This document shows, piece after piece, positions 1 through 9,788 of a stretch of DNA of 64,000 nt. The notes beneath the pieces were generated by a model that saw nothing but the letters and a program-made list of their open reading frames with translations, made no database searches and had not been told where the DNA came from. A program made the translations under genes and the position numbers. The DNA is from a virus (taxonomy: Duplodnaviria > Heunggongvirae > Uroviricota > Caudoviricetes), in the IMG/VR virus record IMGVR_UViG_2563366911_000001; one strand, written 5' to 3'. Each line of letters starts with the position of its first letter. Positions within the stretch are counted from its first letter, which is position 1.

Positions 1-1275
1 TTCCTCAATAGTTTCATTACCCTTATCCAGTCTCATACGACCAGATTTTACGGCCTCTGCGGCTTGAACGTTGGCATAAGCACGTTTATCAAAGTACAGG
101 CTCTTATCTTCACGGCTATGCATCTTTTTACCCCAGCGTATACGCTGTACGGTAATACCATAATACTCGTACATCAGATCCGCCGTTGCTTTACCCAGCC
201 CATCGCCGTCTATCGCTATGGTGATATTTGGGAATCGCTCAGGATTACATTCTGCGAAAATTTTGGCGGCAAGCTGCGTTTCTGTAACGTCTGTGTATTC
301 CAGCATTCGATAGTTGATTACACGGCGTTTATTTCTCTGGCCGGACACCATCATGATATTGATAACGGACTTATCCCGTCCCGTACCACCAGCAACGTCC
401 ACACATGCAAGCCAGCCCCATCCTTTGGCAATCTTGACTTTCCGCCGCGTCGCACGTTCAACCTCATCACGTCCAAGAAGGAAGCCATCCTGTGATTTAG
501 GGAATAGTCCGCGTACCTTAATCATGTACATAGGGTTATCACGCCCGCCGTACTCCGCCAGCTTCATTTTGATAAATGCTGGCGTTACCAGCGGTGATTC
601 CTCACTGTTAAGCGTGATCGCCGTATAAACGCCATCAGGGTTACCAGGACGCTTGGCCAGTTTATGGTGAGTATCGTAGAAATAGCCGCTTGGGCGTGTA
701 GGCTGTGACAGTAATAAGATGCGGTTATCCTGTCCGGTAAGAGCACCGGTGATGATACCGAAAGCTCTATCACTGACACCGGAGGCTTCATCGATAATAT
801 ACAGAAGATGATCTGCGTGTTCACCGGCGAGAGCTTCTTCACTTCCCAGACGAAAGCCCTTCGGTACTACAGTCCATACACCTTTACCAGTAACCTCATA
901 GAAAGCGGTTTCTGTCAGAACAAAATAATCAGCAAGCCATGGAAAACGGCTGGTGGCAGTAGCCCAGTTTATCTTGATGTACTTGAATATACCGGTCATT
1001 ACCTGCTGAATTTTGTTCGCAACGATAATGGCGCGGGCACCGGGATACATGATTATGAACAACATGATCATGATAGAAGTCATGTCTGATTTCCCGGTAC
1101 CGTGACCAGACGAAACAGATGTCTTGCTACCCTGTTCCTGCACAGACTCAATAATCAGATCCTGCTGCCAGGTAGGTGTTTTGCCGAACAAAACATCAGC
1201 GGCAGCAATCCAGTCATAACGATATAGCGCCACCAGCTCGCGCCAACGTGGATCCGTTACGCAACTTCTGGCCAT
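1..1275 (-). CDS. pacB: Terminase large subunit (PacB-like), partial; 3' end lies beyond the window edge
   Basis: Open frame from ATG at 1275 to position 1 on minus strand (not in ORF track because unterminated); hand translation gives Walker-A-like SSGHGTGKS; start overlaps pacA stop (TAATG). Confidence 0.8.
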   Translation of the reverse strand, partial: MARSCVTDPRWRELVALYRYDWIAAADVLFGKTPTWQQDLIIESVQEQGSKTSVSSGHGTGKSDMTSIMIMLFIIMYPGARAIIVANKIQQVMTGIFKYIKINWATATSRFPWLADYFVLTETAFYEVTGKGVWTVVPKGFRLGSEEALAGEHADHLLYIIDEASGVSDRAFGIITGALTGQDNRILLLSQPTRPSGYFYDTHHKLAKRPGNPDGVYTAITLNSEESPLVTPAFIKMKLAEYGGRDNPMYMIKVRGLFPKSQDGFLLGRDEVERATRRKVKIAKGWGWLACVDVAGGTGRDKSVINIMMVSGQRNKRRVINYRMLEYTDVTETQLAAKIFAECNPERFPNITIAIDGDGLGKATADLMYEYYGITVQRIRWGKKMHSREDKSLYFDKRAYANVQAAEAVKSGRMRLDKGNETIEE

Positions 1276-2468
1276 TAATCATCATCCCCGTATAGCTTGC
1301 GGGTAACTTCTTCGTCTTCCTCCTCGTCTTCGTCCAGGTCTTGTTCCAGCCATGGGTCGTTTGATACACCTTCAGTATCAACATCTCCATAACCGCCTGT
1401 ATCAACGATATCGGCGATTTCTTCCCTACGCTGCTCAATCCACAATGCGGCATCGGCGCGGCGGTTGGCGGCCCGTTCTCGCGCAACTTTGTCCAGATCT
1501 TCAAGAGAAGGGCCACCGACGGCTGTTTGCCTTTCCTCATCATCGGTATTGGTCTTAGGAGCACGCAGATCGGCTTTGATTTGCTCCAGCATCAGGGGCG
1601 GCACTTTTCCGCCATGCGCCTCGATGAATTCAGCTGCTTCCAGCACTGACCAGTTATTTTCACGCTTTCGTTCGTATGCCAGCTTAACAATGCCAGCTTG
1701 CCCCATAGATAAAGCGTGCTTTTCCGCCTCCCGGCTTTCTTTTCGATAGTTATTCCGGATGCTGTAAATGGTGTTGATCAGGCTGCTTATCTGCGCGGAA
1801 CAGCTGTTTAGCATGCTCGCGATACGATATTCAGGCGGAGTCCCTTCATCATCGTCTTTTTGCTGATCGCGCATTTCCTGCACCAGACGAATACACGTAT
1901 CCCTGGCGTTCTCCAGCATAAGGAGATGAGAAAGAGACTTTTCCAGAAGAGTGGTTTCCAGAACATCGGCCCCGGACCGACGCAACATAGCGCGCGCGGC
2001 CTTCCGCGCTTCAACGTTATCTATCAGGTAATCGCCAGCTTCGAATTCAAAGCGTTCACCATCATCATCCAGGGTGTCGCGTTCCAGGCGATCACGTAAG
2101 GTCCGGTGGGCGCGGGTGATCACGTCATGATCATCAGAACGATCATTTATGCGCTTATTTTGGCGCTTCGCATTCTCGACTGCGGCACTGACAACGGCAT
2201 TAACCCTTTGTTTTTCCGCTATTTCAGCCGCAATGTGATCACCTGCATGTTGATCATTAGAGTGATCAATGATCATGCTTTTTAGTGGCTTCCTGACTGG
2301 CTTATTTGGCTTGCGGCTGTCCGCTGTCCTGGTGTCTTCTTTGAAGGCACGGAGATAACGACGTGCAGTATTAGGGTTAAGATTAAACTCGGCGGCATAC
2401 TGTGCGATGGTGTAACCACCATCTCGCGCCAGGCGAGCAAAATTCTTCTTGTGATCGTCCCAGGTCAC
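1275..2468 (-). CDS. pacA: Terminase small subunit / pac-cleavage protein (PacA-like), 397 aa
   Basis: GTG start; N-terminus [28 protein letters not shown] with HTH-like segment, very acidic C-terminus; pac-like hexamer clusters inside the gene. Confidence 0.8.
   Translation of the reverse strand: MTWDDHKKNFARLARDGGYTIAQYAAEFNLNPNTARRYLRAFKEDTRTADSRKPNKPVRKPLKSMIIDHSNDQHAGDHIAAEIAEKQRVNAVVSAAVENAKRQNKRINDRSDDHDVITRAHRTLRDRLERDTLDDDGERFEFEAGDYLIDNVEARKAARAMLRRSGADVLETTLLEKSLSHLLMLENARDTCIRLVQEMRDQQKDDDEGTPPEYRIASMLNSCSAQISSLINTIYSIRNNYRKESREAEKHALSMGQAGIVKLAYERKRENNWSVLEAAEFIEAHGGKVPPLMLEQIKADLRAPKTNTDDEERQTAVGGPSLEDLDKVARERAANRRADAALWIEQRREEIADIVDTGGYGDVDTEGVSNDPWLEQDLDEDEEEDEEVTRKLYGDDD
2117..2276. 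other. pac-like packaging site: two clusters (3 + 4) of TGATCA(Y) hexamers carrying GATC Dam sites
   Basis: tgatcac 2117, tgatcat 2128, cgatcat 2140; tgatcac 2236, tgatcat 2251, tgatcaa 2263, tgatcat 2270; located in the 5' part of pacA. Confidence 0.6.
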
Positions 2469-2511
2469 TTATGCTTCCTTTCGTAAAAACTCTTTTTGAC
2501 GCGAGGGTAAC

Positions 2512-2520
2512 GAAAGTCAC
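2512..2520 (-). promoter_or_regulatory. GTGACTTTC element 44 bp upstream of pacA start; possible late-promoter element
   Basis: Same 9-mer occurs as an inverted pair at 41952-41972 upstream of the head gene. Confidence 0.3.
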
Positions 2521-2553
2521 ATGTCAAAAGGCCCGGAACGGGCAAGCAATCAA

Positions 2554-3006
2554 TCAGATACGTGCGGATGTGGCATTACCGTAATGACGGTGCTGACGGG
2601 CCACCTTATTGAAAAGTTGACGCGCCATTACCCAAGGCTGGTGCTCCCGGCGTTCCTTTTCGTCCTGCGTCATATAGAGTTCGTTCTGGAGTTTTTCATC
2701 AAACCGGCGCGGAGCGCGGCTACGGCGAAAGAATTCAGGATTCAGAGAGTGGATCTGAAATCTACGTGGGCGTGTACTGTCATCAATCAAAACAGACGAA
2801 TACTTAGACACAGCGATAGCCTTTAAGCGCAGATAAACATCGCGCTTATCGACATCCAGATGCGGGTATTCCTTTTCAAGAATTGCTGCGAGTTCTTTCG
2901 CTGATAGAAGAGATTTAGTGCGGATCATGTAATCCGCAATCTCGTACGATGTTATTCGTGAGTGATTTATTTCCATGAAGTGGCGTCCCTGCCAGTTAAG
3001 TAACAT
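2554..3006 (-). CDS. lpa: Lpa-like late promoter activator (assigned by position between a C1-type operator and pacA), 150 aa
   Basis: ORF with GGTGA Shine-Dalgarno; position and size match the P1 lpa slot; no motif recognised. Confidence 0.5.
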   Translation of the reverse strand: MLLNWQGRHFMEINHSRITSYEIADYMIRTKSLLSAKELAAILEKEYPHLDVDKRDVYLRLKAIAVSKYSSVLIDDSTRPRRFQIHSLNPEFFRRSRAPRRFDEKLQNELYMTQDEKERREHQPWVMARQLFNKVARQHRHYGNATSARI

Positions 3007-3077
3007 CCTGTCACCTACTGATTAGCCCATGTCAACTAATCAACGTGGAATATAATACCCTCGATTAAAGAAATAGC

Positions 3078-3096
3078 AATACATTAGAGCAATTTT
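3078..3096 (-). promoter_or_regulatory. C1-type operator-like site (ATTGCTCTAATGTATT) upstream of the lpa-like gene
   Basis: 13 of 17 match to the operator consensus; contains -35-like TTGCTC. Confidence 0.4.
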
Positions 3097-4138
3097 ATCT
3101 AACGCTCGACGAGTGACTTGTGATAGCGCCGACTCCAAGCGCGTAATCAAAGAACAATCGTTGATGCATCGCCAGCCTACCGTGCGTCTTCTCCCAATTA
3201 TCGCGGTCACGCTCAATATCACGCTGGCATGACTGGCACAGAGGAATTGCGTAAATGTCATGCGCGCATAATCGACTATGACGAACGATATAAGGCGTAA
3301 TGTGAGCGCCAGCTCCCGCCGCTCCACACCCACAGCATGGACGGGAAGCAACAAAGTCCATGTACTCAGGTAATTTTAGCGATTGCAGTTTTGGTATTTT
3401 GAAATGCGCCATGCCAGGGTCGGAGTCAACATCCACAGGGCATACTTTTTCACGCATCGGCGCGGCGCGTTCTTCCATCATCTGAACATATGCTGTAGCG
3501 CGATCGTCATACGGGCGAATATCCGCCTCTTTCAGAGGTCCGCTATCCTGCGTTGCGGCTTTCATCTTATTTATTGATATACGGCAAACTTCTTCCGGCA
3601 TCAGGTGCATCATGTTGCGCATGAAAGCCCACCAGCACAGTTCCTGAATACTTAAATCATGGCCATCTGAAAGCCCCATTTCCTGACGGGCGACATCCAG
3701 TATCCAGTTAACGCGATTATTATGCAGCGTTTCTTTCAGCTCATTAAAACCACGCATCCGGTAATGGTTATCGTGATGCCAGCACAACAACACCGCGCTA
3801 TTGTCTCGTTCTGCGTGGACAATATGGTTGTCACACCAGCTACGATCTGCGGCCTGGCATTGCCCCTCTTTCCTGCGCAACCACGCCACCAGCGCGTCAA
3901 TTCCACCAATACGGCGAAACAGTTCATCGCTGTTAAAAAACGGCTGCAACGCCTCATTTGTTGCCATAGTTTGCTCGGAAACAACGAGGCCGTCGTCCAT
4001 GTGCTCGATTAACTCACGCGGCACCGGCTCCATAATAAATTTACGGCCAGCCTCCACCAGCTTTCTGACTTCCTGATCCACTTTGAATGTGGCGACGCCA
4101 AGCTCTTTTTGTACAAAGGGAGTAATTACGGCTTTCAC
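3095..4138 (-). CDS. Hypothetical protein, 347 aa, Cys/His-rich C-terminus (possible Zn-binding or HNH-like)
   Basis: Long ORF; C-terminal CCGCG...H...C...C-x2-C cluster. Confidence 0.7.
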   Translation of the reverse strand: MKAVITPFVQKELGVATFKVDQEVRKLVEAGRKFIMEPVPRELIEHMDDGLVVSEQTMATNEALQPFFNSDELFRRIGGIDALVAWLRRKEGQCQAADRSWCDNHIVHAERDNSAVLLCWHHDNHYRMRGFNELKETLHNNRVNWILDVARQEMGLSDGHDLSIQELCWWAFMRNMMHLMPEEVCRISINKMKAATQDSGPLKEADIRPYDDRATAYVQMMEERAAPMREKVCPVDVDSDPGMAHFKIPKLQSLKLPEYMDFVASRPCCGCGAAGAGAHITPYIVRHSRLCAHDIYAIPLCQSCQRDIERDRDNWEKTHGRLAMHQRLFFDYALGVGAITSHSSSVR

Positions 4139-4165
4139 ATCACACCTTTCATCACTGATTGGGCT

Positions 4166-4366
4166 TTATCTGCTGCCCGGCATTCTCTGTTTAAGCACAA
4201 CCATTTCCTGACGGCATAACACAGCAATAGCAGTCCTGGCTCCAATTTGCTTACCAACCAGGTATTGCTTTACCTCGCGGCGACTCACGCCATCAAGAAG
4301 CATCTTTAACGCTTCACGGGACAATTTGTTGTATTTGCGTGCCATTAATCTACTCCGCAGAACCAT
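4166..4366 (-). CDS. Small basic hypothetical protein (about 59-66 aa)
   Basis: Short ORF immediately downstream of doc; start uncertain. Confidence 0.4.
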
Positions 4367-4730
4367 ACAATCTACGCAACGTGTCGGCGACAGAAGATAC
4401 AGATATCTCGCCAGTCGCAGCGCCTACAGTAAGGTCTGCCAGTTCAGGTGAATCAAATACCTGCACCCCGTTACGGCGTAGAAATAGCAGCGCGCTGTTT
4501 AGCGCGGTACGCTTATTGGCATCATTGAATATATGCCCTCTCGCTGTAGCCACCAGGTAGGTGGCGGAGACTTCGAAAAGGTCGGTGATCTCTTCGTAGG
4601 CAACTCTGGCCTGAACTCTCCCGATAATGGCCTCTGCCCTGCCCGGATCTGACATGCCAGGCAGGCCGCCGTAGCGGCTTATATTCGCATCATGAAGCGC
4701 AATAAGTTCTTCCGGTGATATATGCCTCAT
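4350..4730 (-). CDS. doc: Doc toxin (Fic/Doc family), 126 aa
   Basis: [26 protein letters not shown]-terminus and [11 protein letters not shown] Fic-type motif; start overlaps phd stop. Confidence 0.9.
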
Positions 4731-4957
4731 TATCGGTTAACCAGTTCCTTGTTGGTGGAGTCCAGGGTGTCAAACAGGGATGCAAATTCAGCATCCAGCG
4801 CCGCTTTTTTGTAGGCTTCGAAAGTAGCCTTGCTGACAATTACTGCTGGCTCACGGCCTCTGCGGGTGATTTCAACCTCTTCCCCGGCTTCAACATTGTT
4901 GAGCACTTCAGAAAGGTTGCCGCGCGCGGTACGGAAGTTAATGGATTGCATAAACAC
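4730..4957 (-). CDS. phd: Phd antitoxin (probable start at 4951, 73 aa)
   Basis: [32 protein letters not shown]; translationally coupled to doc. Confidence 0.9.
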
Positions 4958-5023
4958 CTCGTGTACTCGTTATGTGTACACAATTATAAACCTCACAGGC
5001 ATAAAGCACCAGCCCTTTGCAGC

Positions 5024-5413
5024 TTAAATAACCGGACAATCATCAAACTCCCCACTTCGGGCATCATTGATGACATGAGTGATCACACCAAAAACAGCAT
5101 TACTGCCCGTGCATCCATCGTCATCTACTGGTAACGCCTCTTTCTTCCCGGTGCTTAAATCCTCCAGGTGCTGGCGCGGATACTTCCTGTATCTCTTTAT
5201 GCGATATTCACCCTCCATAGCGCACACAAGCAGCGAACCATCAACTGGAGTAAGCGAAGAATCAACCACCAGCAAAGCACCCTGCAATATTCCCTCACGG
5301 TGATGGCTATCAGCTGCCCGCATGAAGTAGGTTGCTGATGGATGTCTAATTATCTGCTGATCAAGAGAAATTCGGCTTTCAACATAATCCGCCGCAGGAG
5401 AAGGGAAACCCAT
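5024..5413 (-). CDS. humD: UmuD'-like S24 peptidase (HumD-like), 129 aa
   Basis: GFPSPAADYVE...HPSATYFMRA matches UmuD without its N-terminal 20 residues; LexA box upstream. Confidence 0.85.
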   Translation of the reverse strand: MGFPSPAADYVESRISLDQQIIRHPSATYFMRAADSHHREGILQGALLVVDSSLTPVDGSLLVCAMEGEYRIKRYRKYPRQHLEDLSTGKKEALPVDDDGCTGSNAVFGVITHVINDARSGEFDDCPVI

Positions 5414-5431
5414 AGCGTTTTACCTCAAAAA

Positions 5432-5451
5432 TACTGTTTATCTGTACAGTA
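5432..5451. promoter_or_regulatory. LexA (SOS) box TACTGT-N8-ACAGTA in the divergent promoter region
   Basis: tactgtttatctgtacagta: CTGT-N8-ACAG core, 19 bp upstream of humD start and 137 bp upstream of the 5588 gene. Confidence 0.7.
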
Positions 5452-5587
5452 TACATTAAAGAAGCACCTTTGGTGCAAACGCGTTATGTACATCAACCAC
5501 CGCTGATGATTTTTGTGCGCTTTGCTACTATTCATCACCGCGGGATCAGCGTAACCTCGTTGCCAATCAGTTAATAAGGAATTAGCT

Positions 5588-6172
5588 ATGCCTAATCGCA
5601 TTCCTCTCGATCCTGTATTGCCCAAAAATTTTGACTGCACTCCTAACGAGAAACGCTCTAAAGCTCAGCTGGACGCCTGGTGGGACCATCCATATGGGGT
5701 TACACAACCTGACGGGAAAATTGTAGTTTATTGTCTGAATGGTGGGGCGTGGGACCGTCCATCCGTGCTTTGTTTGGCAGATAACTATGATGAAGCCTGT
5801 GAACTTGCCGAAAGACAGCAGGCAAGCTGGGTAAAAACACGGTCTGAACCGACATTCATGTTTTCAAAAGAACCGCCATTTATACTGGCGAGGATGCCGC
5901 AGCGACCGGATCATCAACAAGAAATTGTTGCTGAATTTTCCTCAAGGGATGAGATGAATCTCTTCTCATTAAAGCAGGAAGAAAGGGATCGCGTCGAAGT
6001 GTCTCCAACTCTCGACCACAACCGGATGAACCTGGCCCAGCTCGCCTGGTACAGCAAAGAATTAGAGATGTCTATTTCCCGGCTTGAAAACGAAAAAGCC
6101 GCTATCCAAGTCCAGCACGAAGTAGTTCTGAACCGGATTAGAGAAATGCAAAACGATAACAGGGGATTTTGA
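5588..6172 (+). CDS. Hypothetical protein, 194 aa
   Basis: ORF divergent from humD; coiled-coil-like C-terminus; no domain recognised. Confidence 0.6.
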   Translation: MPNRIPLDPVLPKNFDCTPNEKRSKAQLDAWWDHPYGVTQPDGKIVVYCLNGGAWDRPSVLCLADNYDEACELAERQQASWVKTRSEPTFMFSKEPPFILARMPQRPDHQQEIVAEFSSRDEMNLFSLKQEERDRVEVSPTLDHNRMNLAQLAWYSKELEMSISRLENEKAAIQVQHEVVLNRIREMQNDNRGF

Positions 6173-6529
6173 ATGGCTAAAATCGAGTACCATCGCGATC
6201 GCGGTAATTACCTGGAAATATACGATCATGAATCTCTTAACGATATCAACGATGCGTTATATGAATACTGTGAAAAAACGAGCATCACAGATGCACCTGA
6301 TGCATTTGTCGAGCTGCCGGTATATCTCCGCGACATCTATGCAATACGAACACCGCCCGTATCGGTGATTCACATTGGCTATGTCCGCCTGTCCATCAAA
6401 GAAGATGAAGATCGTTATATCGTGCGCCACTATACATTGGACAGAAAAGAACTTCCTAATGAATGGAACATGAGTAATTTCTACAACGGTGAATATGGCT
6501 TAAAATCCGCTAATAATTTACGGTCATAA
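6173..6529 (+). CDS. Hypothetical protein, 118 aa, adjacent to the 194-aa gene
   Basis: ATG 1 nt after preceding stop; no domain recognised. Confidence 0.6.
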   Translation: MAKIEYHRDRGNYLEIYDHESLNDINDALYEYCEKTSITDAPDAFVELPVYLRDIYAIRTPPVSVIHIGYVRLSIKEDEDRYIVRHYTLDRKELPNEWNMSNFYNGEYGLKSANNLRS

Positions 6530-6655
6530 TCTATACAGGCATGTATAACAACAATGAGCCTATTAGCTGTCAACAACGTTATTTTCTCAAATAAGAAAAA
6601 GCAGAAAACAAATTGTTTAAGGTCACAAATTGTGGCCTTGATGGAGGAGGGAGGC

Positions 6656-6870
6656 TTATTGGCTATGGCTAAAAATCAAATTAGACACTTCATGTTGCTG
6701 TAGCTCATCAAGATCCGAGGCCACAAAACCTTTTCCGAAAAACTTCACAAGTAACTCACTAGCCGCATCATTGTCACCTATTACACGAAAGTCATACGGC
6801 AACGTCGCAAGCTGACGATGTAATCCTGCTGAGAAAGTCGAATCTAACAGCGCCCAGAATTCCCACCGCA
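6656..6870 (-). pseudogene. Possible C-terminal gene remnant (about 70 codons, no in-frame start)
   Basis: Frame reads ...ILRWEFWALLDSTFSAGLHRQLATLPYDFRVIGDNDAASELLVKFFGKGFVASDLDELQQHEVSNLIFSHSQ-stop, preceded by an in-frame stop and AT-rich non-coding DNA. Confidence 0.3.
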
Positions 6871-7391
6871 GGATAATACTCGCCTCTTAATACTGTATAT
6901 ATGTTGTTACGATATGTTTTTCTGTCTCTAAAAAAAGATGTTAATAGAATGCTAACCATTGAAGGGGATAAAAATATACAATTCCAACAAACGTTATTTT
7001 TAACAATTTTTTTCTTTGCGTTGACTTTCCCGGACACCTTGTCTGACCGAAGGTGCGCGAAAGCCACTTTTTCCTTCCTGAGTTATCCACAAAGTTATGC
7101 ACTTGCAAGAGGGCCATTTTCTACATATTGTGGTGGCTAACAGATGAAATGAATGTAGATTAATTGAAGATAAGGAGAAAATTTGAGATGCAATCATGAC
7201 GTTAATAGATAGGGTCTGCATTACAGACCCCACCCGCATCAAGGAATTAGCCGTTCCCTGATGTTTTTCCGAAAACATGTGCCGTAAGCTCACGTTAACG
7301 ACTTTCATTCACCGAATCCAACTATATAGGGGTTGGGTTTCTACGTCAACGTGAGCAAGTGCACCTTTACATTTGACAAGGAACCACCTGA

Positions 7392-7529
7392 ATGAACGCT
7401 TTTTTTCAGTTCCTGAGTGCATTTTTAGATGCGCCTATTATTAGCCAGATTCTGGCTATTATCCTCATCATCGTTTTGATTTTGCTTTTAAGGTCAGTAA
7501 AAGATGGAATTATGCACTGGCTTACTTAA
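7392..7529 (+). CDS. Small hydrophobic peptide, 45 aa, single predicted TM helix
   Basis: ATG 9 nt after AAGGA; MNAFFQFLSAFLDAPIISQILAIILIIVLILLLRSVKDGIMHWLT; followed by palindrome aatgtttcagtgaaacatt; below the ORF-track length cut-off. Confidence 0.4.
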   Translation: MNAFFQFLSAFLDAPIISQILAIILIIVLILLLRSVKDGIMHWLT

Positions 7530-7604
7530 TGTTTCAGTGAAACATTAAAATCTCCTTGATGTGGAAACAATCATTTTCTGTATGTGCTGGTGGGCACCTG
7601 TAGT

Positions 7605-7967
7605 TCAGCTTTCGTTGACATTTAACTTCGTCTTTGCTTTCTCCACCAGCAACTTCCAGATGCCTATTTCATTAGCAGCCGCCTTGATGGCGGCATAAAA
7701 AGCATCTTGCTGATCGTAACGCTGGATCTGTTTTTTCAGTTTTGCCTCCACCAATTTAATTTCATTACGTGCTTTCTGAAGCCGCATCACCGCCCGGTTA
7801 CGTCTGTTCTTGTATAGCGTGTTAATCTCTGACAATTGTTTTAATTTGCCAGCCTGACTGCGGATTATCGCCTCCCTGGCTTCTGCCGTGCGTCTCATCT
7901 GATCTCTTAAGAGTTCACCGTTTTCGATAATTCTTTCAAGGTGTTTGATGTGATCTGCAACTCTCAT
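7605..7967 (-). CDS. Hypothetical coiled-coil protein, 120 aa
   Basis: ORF, last gene of the long minus-strand block. Confidence 0.6.
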   Translation of the reverse strand: MRVADHIKHLERIIENGELLRDQMRRTAEAREAIIRSQAGKLKQLSEINTLYKNRRNRAVMRLQKARNEIKLVEAKLKKQIQRYDQQDAFYAAIKAAANEIGIWKLLVEKAKTKLNVNES

Positions 7968-8638
7968 ACTTCACCCTCGCTTGTATCACCAGCGTCCACC
8001 AACGACAATAAAGCCCTGGCCATCTTATGAACCAACAGTGCATCAATAATGCCAAGCGTATGCCCCGGCTTAATGTTTAATGCCGCCTCAAGGTGACACC
8101 TTTCCAGGTCACTTTTCTCGGCTTGTTTATGATGATCTGGCGTAATAACGTCGCCCAAAACACGGCTAATTCTTTCTCGTAATTGCTGGGTGCCAGCACA
8201 CTTGATCGCTGTATCGTGGAGACGGTTAACCAGTTCGCGATAAACATGCGGCTTAATGCGGATACGTTCACCGGTGACGCCCTTTCCTGGCGCTGGCACC
8301 GAACTATCCGGAATATCCGGATAGTTGCCAGCCTCGTAAGCTACCCGCAGCCAGTGCATGAATGTTTCAGTGGACACACAACCACAGTCCACATCGATTT
8401 TTCCGCGTTGCTGTTCCAGCCACTGCTCAAAATTCAATCTACACGTATTACTTTCATGTTGCTCTTTTTGTCTCAAGGCCAGCACCTGTTGGGCCAGTTC
8501 CAGAACGATACCGGGTGACGCTAACCTCTCAAATTCCAATAAATAGTTTGCGTCAGGATGACAAGTAGCCTCGCCTGCAAAAAATACCAATTGCTGTAAG
8601 TATGCTGTCGTTAGAGTAGTCATTTCTTTTTGCGCCAT
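7964..8638 (-). CDS. Hypothetical protein, 224 aa
   Basis: ORF with 4-nt overlap to the downstream gene. Confidence 0.6.
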   Translation of the reverse strand: MAQKEMTTLTTAYLQQLVFFAGEATCHPDANYLLEFERLASPGIVLELAQQVLALRQKEQHESNTCRLNFEQWLEQQRGKIDVDCGCVSTETFMHWLRVAYEAGNYPDIPDSSVPAPGKGVTGERIRIKPHVYRELVNRLHDTAIKCAGTQQLRERISRVLGDVITPDHHKQAEKSDLERCHLEAALNIKPGHTLGIIDALLVHKMARALLSLVDAGDTSEGEV

Positions 8639-8994
8639 TTCTTTTCACATTCCTTAGTCCATTTTTCAATGTTCATTTTGGCAATATCGGTCATTCCATC
8701 ACCTAAGAAATACTTTCTCCGGTATGTCTTGCACTTAAACCACACTACAACAGCCACCAGCCAGAAAATAAAAGGCCATACAGCAATACCAACGACAGCC
8801 GCGATAAAGCCCAATATCCATAAATGAAGCTCTCCAACTTCTGTTTCCGGCAATATTCTTAAAGAATTAAACAGCAGGCTGAACGAATGGTCGTATGCAT
8901 TGGCAGTATAAGACATGCAATCCATATAATTAAAGTCATAGCCTGCGGCTGCCGCCCATAATGGGCGGTCAAGAAAATGTTTTAGTGTCATCAT
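8620..8994 (-). CDS. Small membrane protein, 124 aa
   Basis: Hydrophobic segment ILGFIAAVVGIAVWPFIFWLVAVVVWF, Lys-rich C-terminus. Confidence 0.55.
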   Translation of the reverse strand: MMTLKHFLDRPLWAAAAGYDFNYMDCMSYTANAYDHSFSLLFNSLRILPETEVGELHLWILGFIAAVVGIAVWPFIFWLVAVVVWFKCKTYRRKYFLGDGMTDIAKMNIEKWTKECEKKWRKKK

Positions 8995-9000
8995 ATAAAT

Positions 9001-9390
9001 TTAAGGTTCAGACCAGTTATCTTCAATAGCAATGCTTAATCTTTGTAGCCATTCTGCTAATTTCAGCATTGCTTCTCTTTCGCTTAAACCACGAGGAAAA
9101 TCATCAAGCGAAATTGTTGGCTTGAATCCACCGTAATTATCCATTTCAACTGTCAGATTTTGTTCCAGCACGGTATTTCTTACGCGGCTATTGTGCCGGA
9201 GCAAATATACTGAGCGTGATTTATTGGTTTTGTGGTCTAGCTTATATTCGGTAAGTATCATCTGGCTTTTGCCATGACTATTACCTCTCCACATACTTAC
9301 CTCACTTAATAAAACAACTCCATGCGTAGTTGATGATTTTTTCCCACGCAATATAAATCTGCACTCCGGCAGTAAAACCAAAGCCAACAA
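9001..9390 (-). CDS. Hypothetical protein, 129 aa
   Basis: ORF in operon context. Confidence 0.5.
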   Translation of the reverse strand: MLALVLLPECRFILRGKKSSTTHGVVLLSEVSMWRGNSHGKSQMILTEYKLDHKTNKSRSVYLLRHNSRVRNTVLEQNLTVEMDNYGGFKPTISLDDFPRGLSEREAMLKLAEWLQRLSIAIEDNWSEP

Positions 9391-9472
9391 TTGCTGAAAA
9401 AATCAAAACATTTACTTTTGACATTATAAATTTTCTCTCGGTGTCGTAGGTGATAGCACCATAATTGATAAT

Positions 9473-9724
9473 TTAGTGAGTTAGCAGTTCCATTTTTTTG
9501 ATGATTTCCGCATGAGCATCATCGTTATCAACACTTAGCTCGTTTAATGCTTCTCGCACTACATCAACTTCTTCAGGCTGAAAGAAGTCGTCGCGGTAAT
9601 CACCAAATAGAACCGAAACCAGCCTGCCACCAGCAACATCAAGATTGGCGCTAACAGGTGGCTCTTTGCCATCCTCAAATTCGACTACAAAAGTTATTTT
9701 TCCCATCGTTACCACCAGCGACAA
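9473..9724 (-). CDS. Small acidic hypothetical protein, 83 aa
   Basis: ORF in operon context. Confidence 0.5.
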   Translation of the reverse strand: MSLVVTMGKITFVVEFEDGKEPPVSANLDVAGGRLVSVLFGDYRDDFFQPEEVDVVREALNELSVDNDDAHAEIIKKMELLTH

Positions 9725-9788
9725 ATTGAATACAAACCCAGTGCTGCCGCCATCACAATTCCTACCGTGGTGAATGCTTCAGGCCAGC

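Noticed and set aside
64-1089. Short ORFs in the track (64-495 +, 314-628 +, 585-842 -, 808-1089 +) inside the terminase region
   Set aside because: All lie within or antisense to the long unterminated pacB frame that starts at 1275; that frame has a Walker A motif and no stops, so the short ORFs are taken as spurious.
1214-1749. ORFs 1214-1564 (-), 1352-1558 (+) and 1465-1749 (+) overlapping pacA
   Set aside because: Alternative frames within the well-supported pacA gene; no ribosome-binding sites or recognisable features.
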